Shown here: in pieces, positions 19,466-29,110 of the stretch | Layout of the letters: every line of letters begins with the position of its first letter | How positions within the stretch are numbered: the first letter of the stretch is position 1 | NCBI GenBank assembly: GCA_963695395.1 | Contig: CAVOGK010000024.1 | Coordinates: 53,430 to 117,429, forward strand | Direction: 5' to 3' | DNA: 64,000 nucleotides | DNA from: an uncultured Thermoleophilia bacterium | GTDB lineage: Bacteria > Actinomycetota > Thermoleophilia > UBA2241 | Translations under genes and position numbers: made by a program | Notes under the pieces: generated by a model | What the model was told of the DNA's origin: nothing | The model's database searches: none | Seen by the model: the letters and a program-made list of their open reading frames with translations, nothing else

Positions 19466-20689
19466 CTACCCGCCGAACAGTCGCTTCACATCGTTGAACG
19501 TGAGGAAGATGAAGAGCACCACGAGGAGGACGGCGCCAAAGGCGACGAGGCGCTCGAAGACCGCCCTGTCCAGCCGCCGGCCGCGGATCTTCTCGAGCAC
19601 GTTCGTGGCGATGTGCCCGCCGTCGAACGGCAGGATGGGCAGCAGGTTGATGAGGCCGAGGTTGATGCTGAGGAAGGCCAGCAGGATGGGGTACCAGTTC
19701 TCCTGTACGGCCTGACGGCTGACGTTGACGATGCCGATCGGTCCGACTGCTCCGTCGGGCCCGGTCGCGCTGATCTTGCCGCTGAACAGCCACCAGAAAC
19801 CGGTGAAGGTGCCGACGACCACATCTTTGAAGCCGGTGACACCAAGCTTGACCGCCTCGATCGGACCCGGCCGATCCCGGGTGACCCCGGCGCGCACGCC
19901 GAGGTAGCCGCTTCCGGGGGCCTGTGGGTTCTGGACGAGAGCCACCGAGACCGTGCGCTCAGGTCCGCCGGCCGCGGGCCGGTACCTGAGCGCGATCGTC
20001 TTGCCGGGGTTGGCGCGGAAGTAGGCGGACGCCTCGTCCCACTCCGACCACGTCTTGCCGTCGGCGCCGGTGAGCGTGTCGCCGACGACGAGGCCGGCCG
20101 CAGCCGCCGGCGCGCCGTCGACGACCTCGTCCAGCGAGAGCGTCGCCCGGGGCACGCCCTGGATGCCGATGAAGAGGATGAGGATCACGGCCGCCGCGGC
20201 GAAGTTCATGAGCGGACCGGCGGCGATGGTGAGATTGCGCTTCCAGATGGCCTTCTTGTAGTACACGCGGTCGCCGGTGCCCTCGGGGACATCCTCCTCA
20301 GGGATCATCCCGCTGATCTTGCAGAACCCGCCGAGCGGGATGATGCCGATGCCGTACTCGGTCTCGCCCCACGTACGGCGCAGGGCCGCCGGAGGAAAGC
20401 CGACGTAGAACTTCTCGACGCGCATGCCGAACGACTTGGCGGCGATGAAGTGGCCGAACTCGTGCACGGTGATGAGCAGGGCGAGGCCGAGGATGGCGAC
20501 CAGCCAGACCCACTGACCGAGCAGCAGCGACGCGAGCATGGCCGCGCCGAGCAGGAGCGACCAGGGGCTGAGCACGCGCGGCGGCTTGTCGGGCGCCTTG
20601 GCGCGCCCGGAAGCGCCCTCATCGCGCGCCGATCCCGCGGGCCGGGTCTCGGTCCCGCTCTCGTTCTCTGGCGTGAAGTCGTCAGTCAT
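19466..20689 (-). CDS. rseP: Site-2 (RIP) zinc metalloprotease, M50 family
   Basis: HEFGHFIAAKSFGMRV, a PDZ segment, and a C-terminal NLGLINLLPILPFDGGH. Confidence 0.9.
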   Translation of the reverse strand: MTDDFTPENESGTETRPAGSARDEGASGRAKAPDKPPRVLSPWSLLLGAAMLASLLLGQWVWLVAILGLALLITVHEFGHFIAAKSFGMRVEKFYVGFPPAALRRTWGETEYGIGIIPLGGFCKISGMIPEEDVPEGTGDRVYYKKAIWKRNLTIAAGPLMNFAAAAVILILFIGIQGVPRATLSLDEVVDGAPAAAAGLVVGDTLTGADGKTWSEWDEASAYFRANPGKTIALRYRPAAGGPERTVSVALVQNPQAPGSGYLGVRAGVTRDRPGPIEAVKLGVTGFKDVVVGTFTGFWWLFSGKISATGPDGAVGPIGIVNVSRQAVQENWYPILLAFLSINLGLINLLPILPFDGGHIATNVLEKIRGRRLDRAVFERLVAFGAVLLVVLFIFLTFNDVKRLFGG

Positions 20690-20789
20690 GTGCGTACACC
20701 GTACCCGTTCGAGATTACGTGGAGGTTAACGCGGCGGGGCACGAGTGGGTTCGAAGGTCGCGCCGGGGAGCCGGGCAGCGCGGAACACG

Positions 20790-22061
20790 TCACCCGGGGC
20801 CTCCGACGGCCTCACGCGCAAAGCGGCGCGCCTCGGCGTCACACTCATACACGTCGTCCAGCGACTCGACGAGCTCGTCGGCCAGCCACGTGAGGCACTT
20901 CTCGACGACCTCGGCGATGCCCAGGAACGGGAGCCGCCCGCCGAGGAACGCCTCCACCGCGATCTCGTTGGCGGCGTTGAGGACGATCGGCGCGGCGACC
21001 GTACGCGGTGGATCGCCGGCGGCGGCCGCCTCGCGCTCGACCATCATCGCCCTCCTCCCCGCCTCCTCGGCCAGCGCCAGGCAGCGGAACGTCTCCGTGT
21101 CGGGCCGCGAGAAGGTGATCTGCGTGGAGAACAGGTCGAGCCTCCGCACCTGCGGCAGCTCCGGGCGGTCCGGATAGGCGAGGGCATAGCCGATCGGCGT
21201 GCGCATGTCGGGCACGCCGAGATGCGCGAGGATGGCGCCGTCCGAGAAGCGCGCCATACTGTGCACCGTGCTGCGCGGGTCGAGCACGACGGTGATGTGC
21301 TCGTACGGCACGCCGAACAGGTAGTGGGCCTCGATCAGCTCCAGGCCCTTGTTCATCAGCGTGGCCGAGTCGATGGTGATCTTGGGCCCCATCGACCAGT
21401 TGGGGTGGGCGAGCGCCTCCTCGGGCGTGACCGCGGCCAGCTCCGCTGGGGTACGGCCGCGGAAGGGTCCGCCGGACCCGGTCAGCAGAAGCTCCTCGAG
21501 CGCGCGCGGCGGACCGGCGGACGCGACGTCCGCGGCGCCCTCTCCCCCGCCGGCGGCGATGCACTGGAACAACGCGCTGTGCTCGCTGTCGACCGGGAGG
21601 ATCGTCGACCCGGCGCGGCGAGCGGCGTCCAGCACGAAGGGTCCGCCGGCGACCATGCTCTCCTTGTTGGCCAGCGCCAGCGTGGCGCCGGCCTCCAGCG
21701 TGGCCATGGTGGCGCGCAATCCAGCGGCTCCGACGACCCCGTTGAGGACGGTCAGCGACGCGCCCTCGGCGTCGGCACGCGCGGCGGCGCCCGCGATGAG
21801 CTCACGGATCCCGGCTTCGCCGGCGTGCACCCTGAGCTGCGGCGCCCGCGCCGCGGCCTCCGCCGCCGCGCCCCCGTCGTGCAGGCAAACCTCGTGTACC
21901 CCGTGCTCGAACGCCTGCTCGACGACGACGGCGGCGCCCCTCCCAGCCGCCAGCCCCACGAGGCGCAGCCCCGGCACGGCCGGCAGCACCTCGAGCGCCT
22001 GCCGGCCGATCGAGCCGGTCGAACCGAGGATGAGCAGATGTCTGGATGCGGCTTCAGTCAT
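20790..22061 (-). CDS. dxr: 1-deoxy-D-xylulose 5-phosphate reductoisomerase
   Basis: ORF 20790..22268, trimmed to ATG 22061. LLILGSTGSIGRQALEV, LANKESMV, VDSEHSALFQC, HPNWSMGPKITIDSATLMNKGLE. Confidence 0.9.
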   Translation of the reverse strand: MTEAASRHLLILGSTGSIGRQALEVLPAVPGLRLVGLAAGRGAAVVVEQAFEHGVHEVCLHDGGAAAEAAARAPQLRVHAGEAGIRELIAGAAARADAEGASLTVLNGVVGAAGLRATMATLEAGATLALANKESMVAGGPFVLDAARRAGSTILPVDSEHSALFQCIAAGGGEGAADVASAGPPRALEELLLTGSGGPFRGRTPAELAAVTPEEALAHPNWSMGPKITIDSATLMNKGLELIEAHYLFGVPYEHITVVLDPRSTVHSMARFSDGAILAHLGVPDMRTPIGYALAYPDRPELPQVRRLDLFSTQITFSRPDTETFRCLALAEEAGRRAMMVEREAAAAGDPPRTVAAPIVLNAANEIAVEAFLGGRLPFLGIAEVVEKCLTWLADELVESLDDVYECDAEARRFAREAVGGPG

Positions 22062-22086
22062 GGGCGAAAGGGTACCACGCCCCCCG

Positions 22087-23910
22087 CTAGAGGCGCGGCA
22101 GGCCGGCGAGGACCTCGGCCGTGGTCTCAAGCGGCGGCTTGCGCTGCAGCGCATACCAGGGGGCGACGCGCACGGGCGGATACGACAGCCCGCCGCACGC
22201 CGCCTGCAGATCGGCGCCGTCCTTCCCCTCAGTCGCCAGGACGTGCGCGACGAGGGTCGGGACTTCACGGTGGCGCCGGTAGTAGCTCACGGTCGCCTTG
22301 GGCAGCGGCGCCACCGGTCCCGGGACCGTGAGCTGGTAGGTATTGGCCGCGATCGCGCCGGGCCAGTCGAGGTAGTACGCGGCGCCCCACGGGTAGACGA
22401 GGAGGCTGTCGCCAGGACGGCCTTCTGCGGCGATGTCTGCCGTGAAGCGCTCCAGCCCCTCGCGTTGCACAGGGGTCACGGCGATGCCCTTCCAGGCCCC
22501 GGAATCGACGCGCGCGGTGAGATCGCCCCAGGCGGCGCCTTGCTGGAACTGGACCTGGAACACCAGCGTCACGGCCACCACGCCGGCGAGGCCGGCAAGC
22601 GCCGGCCACGACAGGCCGTGGTCGCGCCCCCGCTTCAGCGGCGCCAGTCCCCAGGCGAGGAACAGTCCGCTGGCCACCATGCCCGGGAACAGGCCGACGG
22701 CGGAGTGGATGAGGCCGTCGCCGCTCGTGTACGCGGTCATCGCCCCAACGAGCAGAGCCGGCGCCCACACCCACAGGAGGATGCGGACCCCATCCACTCT
22801 CCGCTCGGCGGGCAGGAAGAGGTACAGGTACGGCGCGGCCAGCGCATAGACGATCACGGCGCCGGCGGCGTGCAGGGACGAGGTGGCCGCCGTGAGCAGC
22901 AGCGCCGCGGGCGTGAGCAGGAGCAGCCAGCGCCCGGCGTCCGGCCGCCGACGGTAGACCAGGTAGGAGACCAGTGCCGCGACGACGATGTACCACTCGC
23001 CGGCCACGAGAGCGAGGAAGCCTCCGGCGACCTCCGCCGCCTTGAACGCGCCGCCGAGCTGGTCGAGCTGTCCGGCCAGGTCGATCGTGTAGTCCCAGCA
23101 GCGCAGCAGGTTCGCGCGACCCGCCAGCGCGAAGGCGCACGCGCCTGCGGGGACGACGACAAGCGCGCCTCCAAGAGACCAGGCGCTCAAGGCCCTCCAG
23201 GCGCGGGCGCCGGACGGCTCGAGCTCGCGCGGCGGCGGCCGTAGAGCGGGACCCCCCGCGACCATCAGTGCCGCGCGATCGCCGACCGAGAAGGCAAGGA
23301 AGACGGCGACGAACGGCGCGAGAAGCAGGACCGTGGGATAGGCGACACAGGCGAGCCCGAACGCCACGCCGGCTGCCAGCGAGTAGCCACGCGCGCCGCC
23401 GAGGACCGCCACGGCGCCGAGCGCGGCCCCGGCGGTCAGAAGCAGCGCGCAGAGCGTGTTCGCGGTGAGCTGCGGCGTCTCGAACAGGACGATGGTGATG
23501 AAGGGCGCGCTGACCAAGGCGGCAAGGGGCGCCGGCAGTGAACGCCGCGCCAACAGGAAGACCACGCCGGCCACGAGCACGGCGAGGACGAGGTAAAGAT
23601 GACGCCCGTACAGCACCAGTCCGGTCGCGTCGTTGCCGCCGAGGAGTGCGTACAGCTTGAAGAACGGGTACGGGAGCATCCCGGCCGTCTGCACCAGGTT
23701 CTGCTCGTCGACGAAGGGCCGGTCGCCGAGCGCCCATCGCCACGGGATCACCACCGCGAAGGCCTCGTGTATCAGATCGGCGCCGCGGAACAGCCTCCAC
23801 CAGGTGAAGGCGAACGCTGCGATGAGGACGGCGGCGGCACTGAAGGTGAACGCGAGGGCCGCCGCGCCGCCGCGCCGCCTCCCGGCCGCGCTCTCGACCG
23901 GCACGCTCAC
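22087..23910 (-). CDS. Polytopic membrane protein, possibly a GT-C-type polyprenyl-phosphate-dependent glycosyltransferase
   Basis: 607-aa ORF with about 12 hydrophobic spans, an acidic first-loop motif (GDRPFVDEQN) and a roughly 130-aa soluble C-terminus. No named family was recognised by eye. Confidence 0.5.
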   Translation of the reverse strand: MSVPVESAAGRRRGGAAALAFTFSAAAVLIAAFAFTWWRLFRGADLIHEAFAVVIPWRWALGDRPFVDEQNLVQTAGMLPYPFFKLYALLGGNDATGLVLYGRHLYLVLAVLVAGVVFLLARRSLPAPLAALVSAPFITIVLFETPQLTANTLCALLLTAGAALGAVAVLGGARGYSLAAGVAFGLACVAYPTVLLLAPFVAVFLAFSVGDRAALMVAGGPALRPPPRELEPSGARAWRALSAWSLGGALVVVPAGACAFALAGRANLLRCWDYTIDLAGQLDQLGGAFKAAEVAGGFLALVAGEWYIVVAALVSYLVYRRRPDAGRWLLLLTPAALLLTAATSSLHAAGAVIVYALAAPYLYLFLPAERRVDGVRILLWVWAPALLVGAMTAYTSGDGLIHSAVGLFPGMVASGLFLAWGLAPLKRGRDHGLSWPALAGLAGVVAVTLVFQVQFQQGAAWGDLTARVDSGAWKGIAVTPVQREGLERFTADIAAEGRPGDSLLVYPWGAAYYLDWPGAIAANTYQLTVPGPVAPLPKATVSYYRRHREVPTLVAHVLATEGKDGADLQAACGGLSYPPVRVAPWYALQRKPPLETTAEVLAGLPRL

Positions 23911-23926
23911 GTGCCCCGAGCAGGGA

Positions 23927-24709
23927 TCAGAGGCCGACGACGAGCGTCAGCACGAAGTAGGAGGCCACGGACGCGAAGATGAGTGCGTCGAAGCGGTCGA
24001 GCACGCCACCGTGCCCGGGGATGCCCCGGCCGGAGTCCTTGATCTGCACGTCGCGCTTGACGAGACTCTCGAAGAGGTCCCCGAGCGGGCCGGCGACGGC
24101 GATCACGGCGCCGAGGATCAGCGAGTCGGCCGGACCGAGTTCCGTGTACAGGCCGATGAAGACGACGAGCAGCACCGTGCTGATCGCGCCGCCGGCGAAC
24201 CCCTCCCAGGTCTTCTTGGGAGAGAGCACCGGCGCCATCGGCGTGCTGCCGAAGAACTTCCCGGTGAAGTACGCCATGGTGTCGCCTGCCCAGGTGCCGA
24301 AGATCACGGTGAGCAGGATCAGGCCGTCGTCGTCCAGTGGCCGCAACATGAGCGCGGCGCTGAACCCCAGGCCGAGGTAGAGCATACCGAGGAGCGTCAC
24401 CGCCATACGCACGGTCACGCCGGGCTTGGGGCCAGCCAGCAGGCCCAGGAGCGCGATGAAGAGCACGCCGGCGCAGATCGCGCCCAGAACGGCGACCGGG
24501 CTGTAGAACCAGGCCATGGCGGCCATCAGCGCCATGCCGAGGAAACCGGCCAGGGGCAGTGGACGGTACTTCTTGGTGAGCCGGTAGAACTCGTTGAGCC
24601 CGAGCAGGCCCAGGGCGGCCATGAGCGCGAAGAAGATGAGGCCGCCGTGGACCACGACGACGACCGCGACGACGCCGATGACGACGCCGGTGATGATGCG
24701 CGTCGTCAC
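23927..24709 (-). CDS. cdsA: Phosphatidate cytidylyltransferase
   Basis: SLVKRDVQIKDSGRGIPGHGGVLDRFDALIF signature in a multi-pass membrane protein. Confidence 0.9.
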   Translation of the reverse strand: MTTRIITGVVIGVVAVVVVVHGGLIFFALMAALGLLGLNEFYRLTKKYRPLPLAGFLGMALMAAMAWFYSPVAVLGAICAGVLFIALLGLLAGPKPGVTVRMAVTLLGMLYLGLGFSAALMLRPLDDDGLILLTVIFGTWAGDTMAYFTGKFFGSTPMAPVLSPKKTWEGFAGGAISTVLLVVFIGLYTELGPADSLILGAVIAVAGPLGDLFESLVKRDVQIKDSGRGIPGHGGVLDRFDALIFASVASYFVLTLVVGL

Positions 24710-25572
24710 GCGGAGCCTCCCCCGCCGCCGACCTCGGCACCGGTCACGGCTCCGCGGTCGATGGCGGCGCGGCGACCGCCGAACCGGCGCTGGCGCCCGG
24801 CGTAGTCGGCCAGCGCCGCGTCCAGGTCCTCAGGCCCGAAGTCGGGCCAGAGACGGTCGCTGAAGTACAGCTCCGAGTAGGCGCACTGCCAGAGGAGGAA
24901 GTTGCTGATGCGCAGCTCGCCCGAGGTACGGATGAGGAGCTCTGGATCGTGCATCTCGGGGGCGTACAGGTGCCGTCGCACATCGTCTTCCGTGAAGGCC
25001 GGCCGGGACTCGCCGCCCGCCGCATCGGGCGCTCTCGCGCCTGCCGAGGCGGCGTACTCGGCTGCGAGACCCTGTGCGGCATCCAGCAACTCACGCCGAC
25101 CGCCGTAGCCGAAGGCGATGGACAGTGTCATCCTCGTGTTGGCGGCGGTCAACGCTTCTGCCTCCTCGATACGGCGCACCAGTTCGGGGGGCGCCCCCTC
25201 TCTGCTCCCGACGAACTGCACCCGTGCCCCGCGCTCGTGCATGTCGGGCACTTGCGAATCTATCATCTCCACGAACAAGTGCATCAGCGCGTCGATCTCG
25301 TCCTGAGGCCGGTTCCAGTTCTCGGTGCTGAAGGAGTACACGGTGACCTCGAGGATGCCGAGGTCGAGGGCGTGTTCGAGCACGCGGCGAAGCGCCTTGG
25401 CGCCTGCCCGGTGACCTGCGGCCACGGGCAGGCCTCTGCCCTTCGCCCAACGGCCGTTGCCATCCATGATGATGGCGAGGTACTTGCAGGTCGCGCCGCC
25501 GGCCGCAGGCTCCGCGGCGCCGGCCGCCGACCGCAGGCGCCAGCGCGTCAGCCATTGCCGTAGCGAGGCCAT
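24706..25572 (-). CDS. uppS: Isoprenyl transferase / undecaprenyl-diphosphate synthase family
   Basis: LAIIMDGNGRWA, YSFSTENWNRP, ELLIRTSGELRISNFLLWQCAYSELYF. There is a 4-nt overlap with cdsA. Confidence 0.9.
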   Translation of the reverse strand: MASLRQWLTRWRLRSAAGAAEPAAGGATCKYLAIIMDGNGRWAKGRGLPVAAGHRAGAKALRRVLEHALDLGILEVTVYSFSTENWNRPQDEIDALMHLFVEMIDSQVPDMHERGARVQFVGSREGAPPELVRRIEEAEALTAANTRMTLSIAFGYGGRRELLDAAQGLAAEYAASAGARAPDAAGGESRPAFTEDDVRRHLYAPEMHDPELLIRTSGELRISNFLLWQCAYSELYFSDRLWPDFGPEDLDAALADYAGRQRRFGGRRAAIDRGAVTGAEVGGGGGSA

Positions 25573-25611
25573 GGGCTCGTGATCCGGGGTCGGCGCGGGC
25601 GTTGGCCCGGC

Positions 25612-26169
25612 TCAGACCTCGAGGATCTCCACTTCCTTGTGCTTGAGAAGCGCATCGATCTCGTGGACGTGGTCGTCGGTGTACGTCTGCAGCTCGTGCT
25701 CGGCGCGCTTCTCCGCGTCCTCGCCGACCTCGCCCTCGTGCACGAGTTCCTTGAGGTCCTTCATGCAGTCCCGGCGCACGTTGCGCACGGCCACACGGCC
25801 GTCTTCGGCGAGACGGTGCACCATGCGCACGAGATCCTTGCGCCGCTCTTCCGTCAGCGTCGGGATCGGCAGACGGATGACGGTGCCGTCGCTGCTCGGG
25901 TTGAGACCGAGATCGGCCTCCATGATCGCCTTCTCGATGCTCTTCATGGCCGTCTTGTCGTAGGGCTGCACCGTCACAAGGCGCGGCTCTGGCGCGGCGA
26001 TGTTGGCCATCTGCTTGAGCGGCGTGGACGTGCCGTAGTAGTCGACGTGGATGCGGTCGAGCAGGCCCACGCTGGCACGACCGCTGCGCACGGTGTTGAA
26101 CTCGGTCCTGACCGCCTCGACGGCCTTGTTCATGCGATGCTTGGCGTCGGCGAGCAGCTCTTTTTCCAC
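25612..26169 (-). CDS. frr: Ribosome recycling factor
   Basis: ORF 25612..26304, trimmed to GTG 26169, which has AGGGAGGA upstream. The 185-aa product carries VRTEFNTVRSGRASVGLLD and IRLPIPTLTEERRKDLV. Confidence 0.9.
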   Translation of the reverse strand: MEKELLADAKHRMNKAVEAVRTEFNTVRSGRASVGLLDRIHVDYYGTSTPLKQMANIAAPEPRLVTVQPYDKTAMKSIEKAIMEADLGLNPSSDGTVIRLPIPTLTEERRKDLVRMVHRLAEDGRVAVRNVRRDCMKDLKELVHEGEVGEDAEKRAEHELQTYTDDHVHEIDALLKHKEVEILEV

Positions 26170-26189
26170 CGGTCCTCCCTTTGCCGGGG

Positions 26190-26927
26190 TCAACTCCCGG
26201 CGGGCGTGTGCACCACAGTGCCAACACGCTCGCCGGACAGCACGCGCACGATATTGTCGCCGGTCATCTTGAACACATGGATCGGCATGCAGTTGTCCAT
26301 GCACAGGCTGAGCGCGGTCGTGTCCATGACCTTGAGACCGCGCTCGATCGCCTGCAGATGCGTGATGTCGGGGATGAACTCCGCCGACGGGTCCTTCTCG
26401 GGGTCGGCGGTGTAGACGCCGTCGAACTCGCGCTTGGCCATGAGGATCGCCTCTGCCTCGAGCTCGAGGGCGCGGAGTGCCGCGGCCGAGTCGGTGCTGA
26501 AGTACGGGTTACCCGTGCCCGCCGCGCAGATGACGACGCGGCCCTTCTCGAGGTGGCGAATGGCGCGCCGGCGGATGTACGGCTCGCACACGGCGCGGAT
26601 CTCGATGGCGCTCATCACCCGCGTGTCGACGCCCTCGTCCTCCAAAGCGTCCTGGAGAGCGAGGGCGTTCTGCACGGTGGCCATCATGCCGATGTAGTCG
26701 CCGGTGGCGCGGTCCATGCCGCCGGCGGCGGCGGCCATCCCGCGAAAGATGTTGCCGCCGCCGACCACGATGGCGATGTCGACATCGAGCGCGCGGGCGA
26801 TCTTGATGGTGCCGGCGATCGACTTCGTCGTCACCGGATCGATCGCCCGTGTCTCGCTGCCCAGGGCCTGGCCGCTGAGCTTGAGCAGGACGCGGTGGAA
26901 GGCGCGGTTCAGAGGCTCGCCTTCCAT
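26190..26927 (-). CDS. pyrH: UMP kinase
   Basis: [36 protein letters not shown]. Confidence 0.9.
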   Translation of the reverse strand: MEGEPLNRAFHRVLLKLSGQALGSETRAIDPVTTKSIAGTIKIARALDVDIAIVVGGGNIFRGMAAAAGGMDRATGDYIGMMATVQNALALQDALEDEGVDTRVMSAIEIRAVCEPYIRRRAIRHLEKGRVVICAAGTGNPYFSTDSAAALRALELEAEAILMAKREFDGVYTADPEKDPSAEFIPDITHLQAIERGLKVMDTTALSLCMDNCMPIHVFKMTGDNIVRVLSGERVGTVVHTPAGS

Positions 26928-26932
26928 CGGGC

Positions 26933-27544
26933 TCAGCCCGCGACCGTCGTCTCGCCCAGCTGGAAGCGCACGAAGCGGCGCACCTCGACGTTCTCGCCGA
27001 TGACGCCGACGAGGTCGGTGCGCACCTGCTCGATGGTACGGTCCGGGTCCTTCACGAACGTCTGCTCCATGAGACAGGTCTCGGCGAAGAACTTCTCGAG
27101 CTTGCCGGTGATGATCTTCTCGATCACGTGCTCCGGCTTGCCCTTGATCTGGTCGGACTCGCCGTAGATCGCCTTCTCGCGCTCGATGACGTCCTCGGGC
27201 ACCTCTTCGCGCCTGACCCAGATCGGCGAAGCCGCCGCGACCTGCATGGCGAGGTCGTGGGTGAACTCGCGGAAGGGCTCGCTGCGTGAGACGAAGTCGG
27301 TCTCCACGCCGACCTCGACGAGCACGCCGATCTTGCCGCCGGCGTGGATGTACGAGTCGACGGCCCCGTCCTTGGTCGCGCGGGCGCTCTTCTTCTGCGC
27401 GGTGGCGAGCCCCTGCTTGCGCAGCTCGTCCATCGCCTTCTCGAGGTCGCCGCCGGTCTCGGTCAGCGCCTTCTTGCAGTCCATCATGCCGGCTCCGCTC
27501 TTCTCGCGGAGCTCCTTAACCAGTGCAGCGGTGATCTCAGCCAC
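26933..27544 (-). CDS. tsf: Elongation factor Ts (short form)
   Basis: GTG start; [22 protein letters not shown] and [13 protein letters not shown]. Confidence 0.9.
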   Translation of the reverse strand: MAEITAALVKELREKSGAGMMDCKKALTETGGDLEKAMDELRKQGLATAQKKSARATKDGAVDSYIHAGGKIGVLVEVGVETDFVSRSEPFREFTHDLAMQVAAASPIWVRREEVPEDVIEREKAIYGESDQIKGKPEHVIEKIITGKLEKFFAETCLMEQTFVKDPDRTIEQVRTDLVGVIGENVEVRRFVRFQLGETTVAG

Positions 27545-27595
27545 AGCACGATCCTTTCGTAGGGTCGGCGTTGTTCACGTTGGGGTGCGTCAGCC

Positions 27596-27960
27596 GGCGG
27601 GCTTCTCGGCCTCGGGCTCAGCCTTGGGCTCGGCCTTCTTGGCGGCCGGCTTCTTCACCGGCTTGTCCTCGACGGCCTTCTCAGGCTTGGCCTCGGCCTT
27701 GGGCTCGGCCTTCTCGGCCGGCTTGGCCTCCGCCTTGGGCTCGGCCTTCTTCTCGGCCGGCTTGGCCTCCGCCTTCTTCTCGGCAGGCTTGTCGGCCGGC
27801 TTGGCCTCGGCCTTCTTCTCGGCCGGCTTGGCCTCGCCTTCTTCTCGGCCGGCTTGGCCTCCGGCTTCTTCTCGGCCGGCTTGGCCTCGGCCTTCTTCTC
27901 GGCGGGCTTCTCGGCGGGCTTGGCCTCCGCCTTCTTCTCGACGGGCTTCTCGGCGGGCTT
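27596..27960 (-). repeat. Tandem 27-33 nt coding repeats (GGCCGGCTTGGCCTCGGCCTTCTTCTC units on the plus strand) encoding the AEKK/AEAKP tail of S2
   Basis: About ten imperfect units are visible directly in the sequence. Translation gives a PAEKKAEAK-type low-complexity tail. Confidence 0.85.
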
Positions 27961-28884
27961 GGCCGCGGCGGGAGCCGCCTTCTTGGGCGCGGCGGCCTTG
28001 GCAGCCTCCGCGGCGGGCTCGCCCTCGGCCTTCGCCGGCGCCTCGGCCGCAGCCTTGGCCTTCGCGGCGTCGGCGGCGGCAGCGGCGGCCTGTTCGGCGG
28101 CCTCACGCTCGGCGGCAGCGACGGCCGCGGCGACGGCGGCCTCTTCGGCGGCCTTGCGTTCGGCCTCGGCCTTCATCTCGGCTTCAGTCAGCAGTTGGCG
28201 ACCCTGGGCCACGGCATCGGCCATCACGCGAATGATGAGGCCGCAGCTGCGGATCGCGTCGTCGTTGCCCGGGATGATGTAGTCGATCTCATCGGGGTCG
28301 CAGTTGGTGTCGACGAGGCCGATGATCGGGATCTTGAGCTTGCGGGCCTCCTTGACGACGATCGCCTCCTTGCGGGGGTCGACCACGAAGACGGCGGCCG
28401 GCAGGCGGTCCATGCCGCCGACGCCGCCGAGATTCTGCTCGAGCTTGCGGAGGTCGGCGCGCAGCTGCATCGCCTCACGCGTCGGAAGCAGGTCGAGCGA
28501 CCCGTCCTCGGAGAGGTGGCGGAGTTCGTGCATCCGCTTGATGCGCTTGTTGAGTGTGGCGAAGTTGGTCAGCAGGCCGCCGAGCCAGCGGTTGCACACG
28601 TAGGGCATGCTCACGCGCTCGGCCTGCTCCTTGATCTGCTCCTGGCACTGCTTCTTGGTGCCCACGAAGAGGACGTGGCCGCCGCGCTCGGCGGTCTTCT
28701 TGAGGAAGTCGCAGGCCTCATCGATGAGGACCGTCGTCTTCTGGAGGTCGATGATGTAGATGCCACCGCGCTCGCCGAAGATGAACTGCTTCATCTTGGG
28801 GTTCCAGCGCCGGGTCTGGTGGCCGAAGTGGACGCCGCTCGTGAGCAGGTCCTTCATGCTCACCGTGTGCTGAGGTGCAGGCAC
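27655..28884 (-). CDS. rpsB: 30S ribosomal protein S2 with a long Ala/Lys/Glu/Pro-rich C-terminal extension; the last ~60 codons are probably out of frame
   Basis: GTG 28884 with AGAAGGAG upstream. [19 protein letters not shown] and the S2 core are present. The tail switches from [13 protein letters not shown] to RPSRPRRRP at about 27836, where one G is missing relative to the repeat unit. The unshifted frame stays open and ends ...AEPEAEKPAG-stop at 27590. Confidence 0.9.
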   Translation of the reverse strand: MPAPQHTVSMKDLLTSGVHFGHQTRRWNPKMKQFIFGERGGIYIIDLQKTTVLIDEACDFLKKTAERGGHVLFVGTKKQCQEQIKEQAERVSMPYVCNRWLGGLLTNFATLNKRIKRMHELRHLSEDGSLDLLPTREAMQLRADLRKLEQNLGGVGGMDRLPAAVFVVDPRKEAIVVKEARKLKIPIIGLVDTNCDPDEIDYIIPGNDDAIRSCGLIIRVMADAVAQGRQLLTEAEMKAEAERKAAEEAAVAAAVAAAEREAAEQAAAAAADAAKAKAAAEAPAKAEGEPAAEAAKAAAPKKAAPAAAKPAEKPVEKKAEAKPAEKPAEKKAEAKPAEKKPEAKPAEKKARPSRPRRRPRPSRPTSLPRRRRRPSRPRRRPSPRRRPSRPRRPSPRPRPSLRRPSRTSR

Positions 28885-29075
28885 GACTGACTCCTTCTGA
28901 AACGGTTGATGGCGGCGCGGGCCCGGCGCGGGAGCGCCGGAGGCATACGCCGCCTCTCTGTTCCGGCGGACGAGTCAGTGGAATCGGGCGTGGCGGGCGC
29001 TCGTGAGCGCCTCCCGCCCGACACCGCCACGGACCTGGGGGTCCGCCGGGTCGGAATGGATACTGGCGGCCGAGA

Positions 29076-29084
29076 ATGATACCA
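29076..29084 (-). promoter_or_regulatory. Candidate extended -10 element (TGGTATCAT) for rpsB-tsf
   Basis: An AT-rich hexamer in an otherwise GC-rich intergenic region, about 190 nt upstream of the rpsB start. No -35 element was evaluated. Confidence 0.25.
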
Positions 29085-29110
29085 CACGAACGGCCCGGAG
29101 GCCGCCGGCG

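Noticed and set aside
27596-27960. Regular ~30-nt repeats considered as a CRISPR-like array
   Set aside because: The units are contiguous with no unique spacers, lie inside the rpsB reading frame and translate to a periodic AEKK/AEAKP tail. No cas genes are present.
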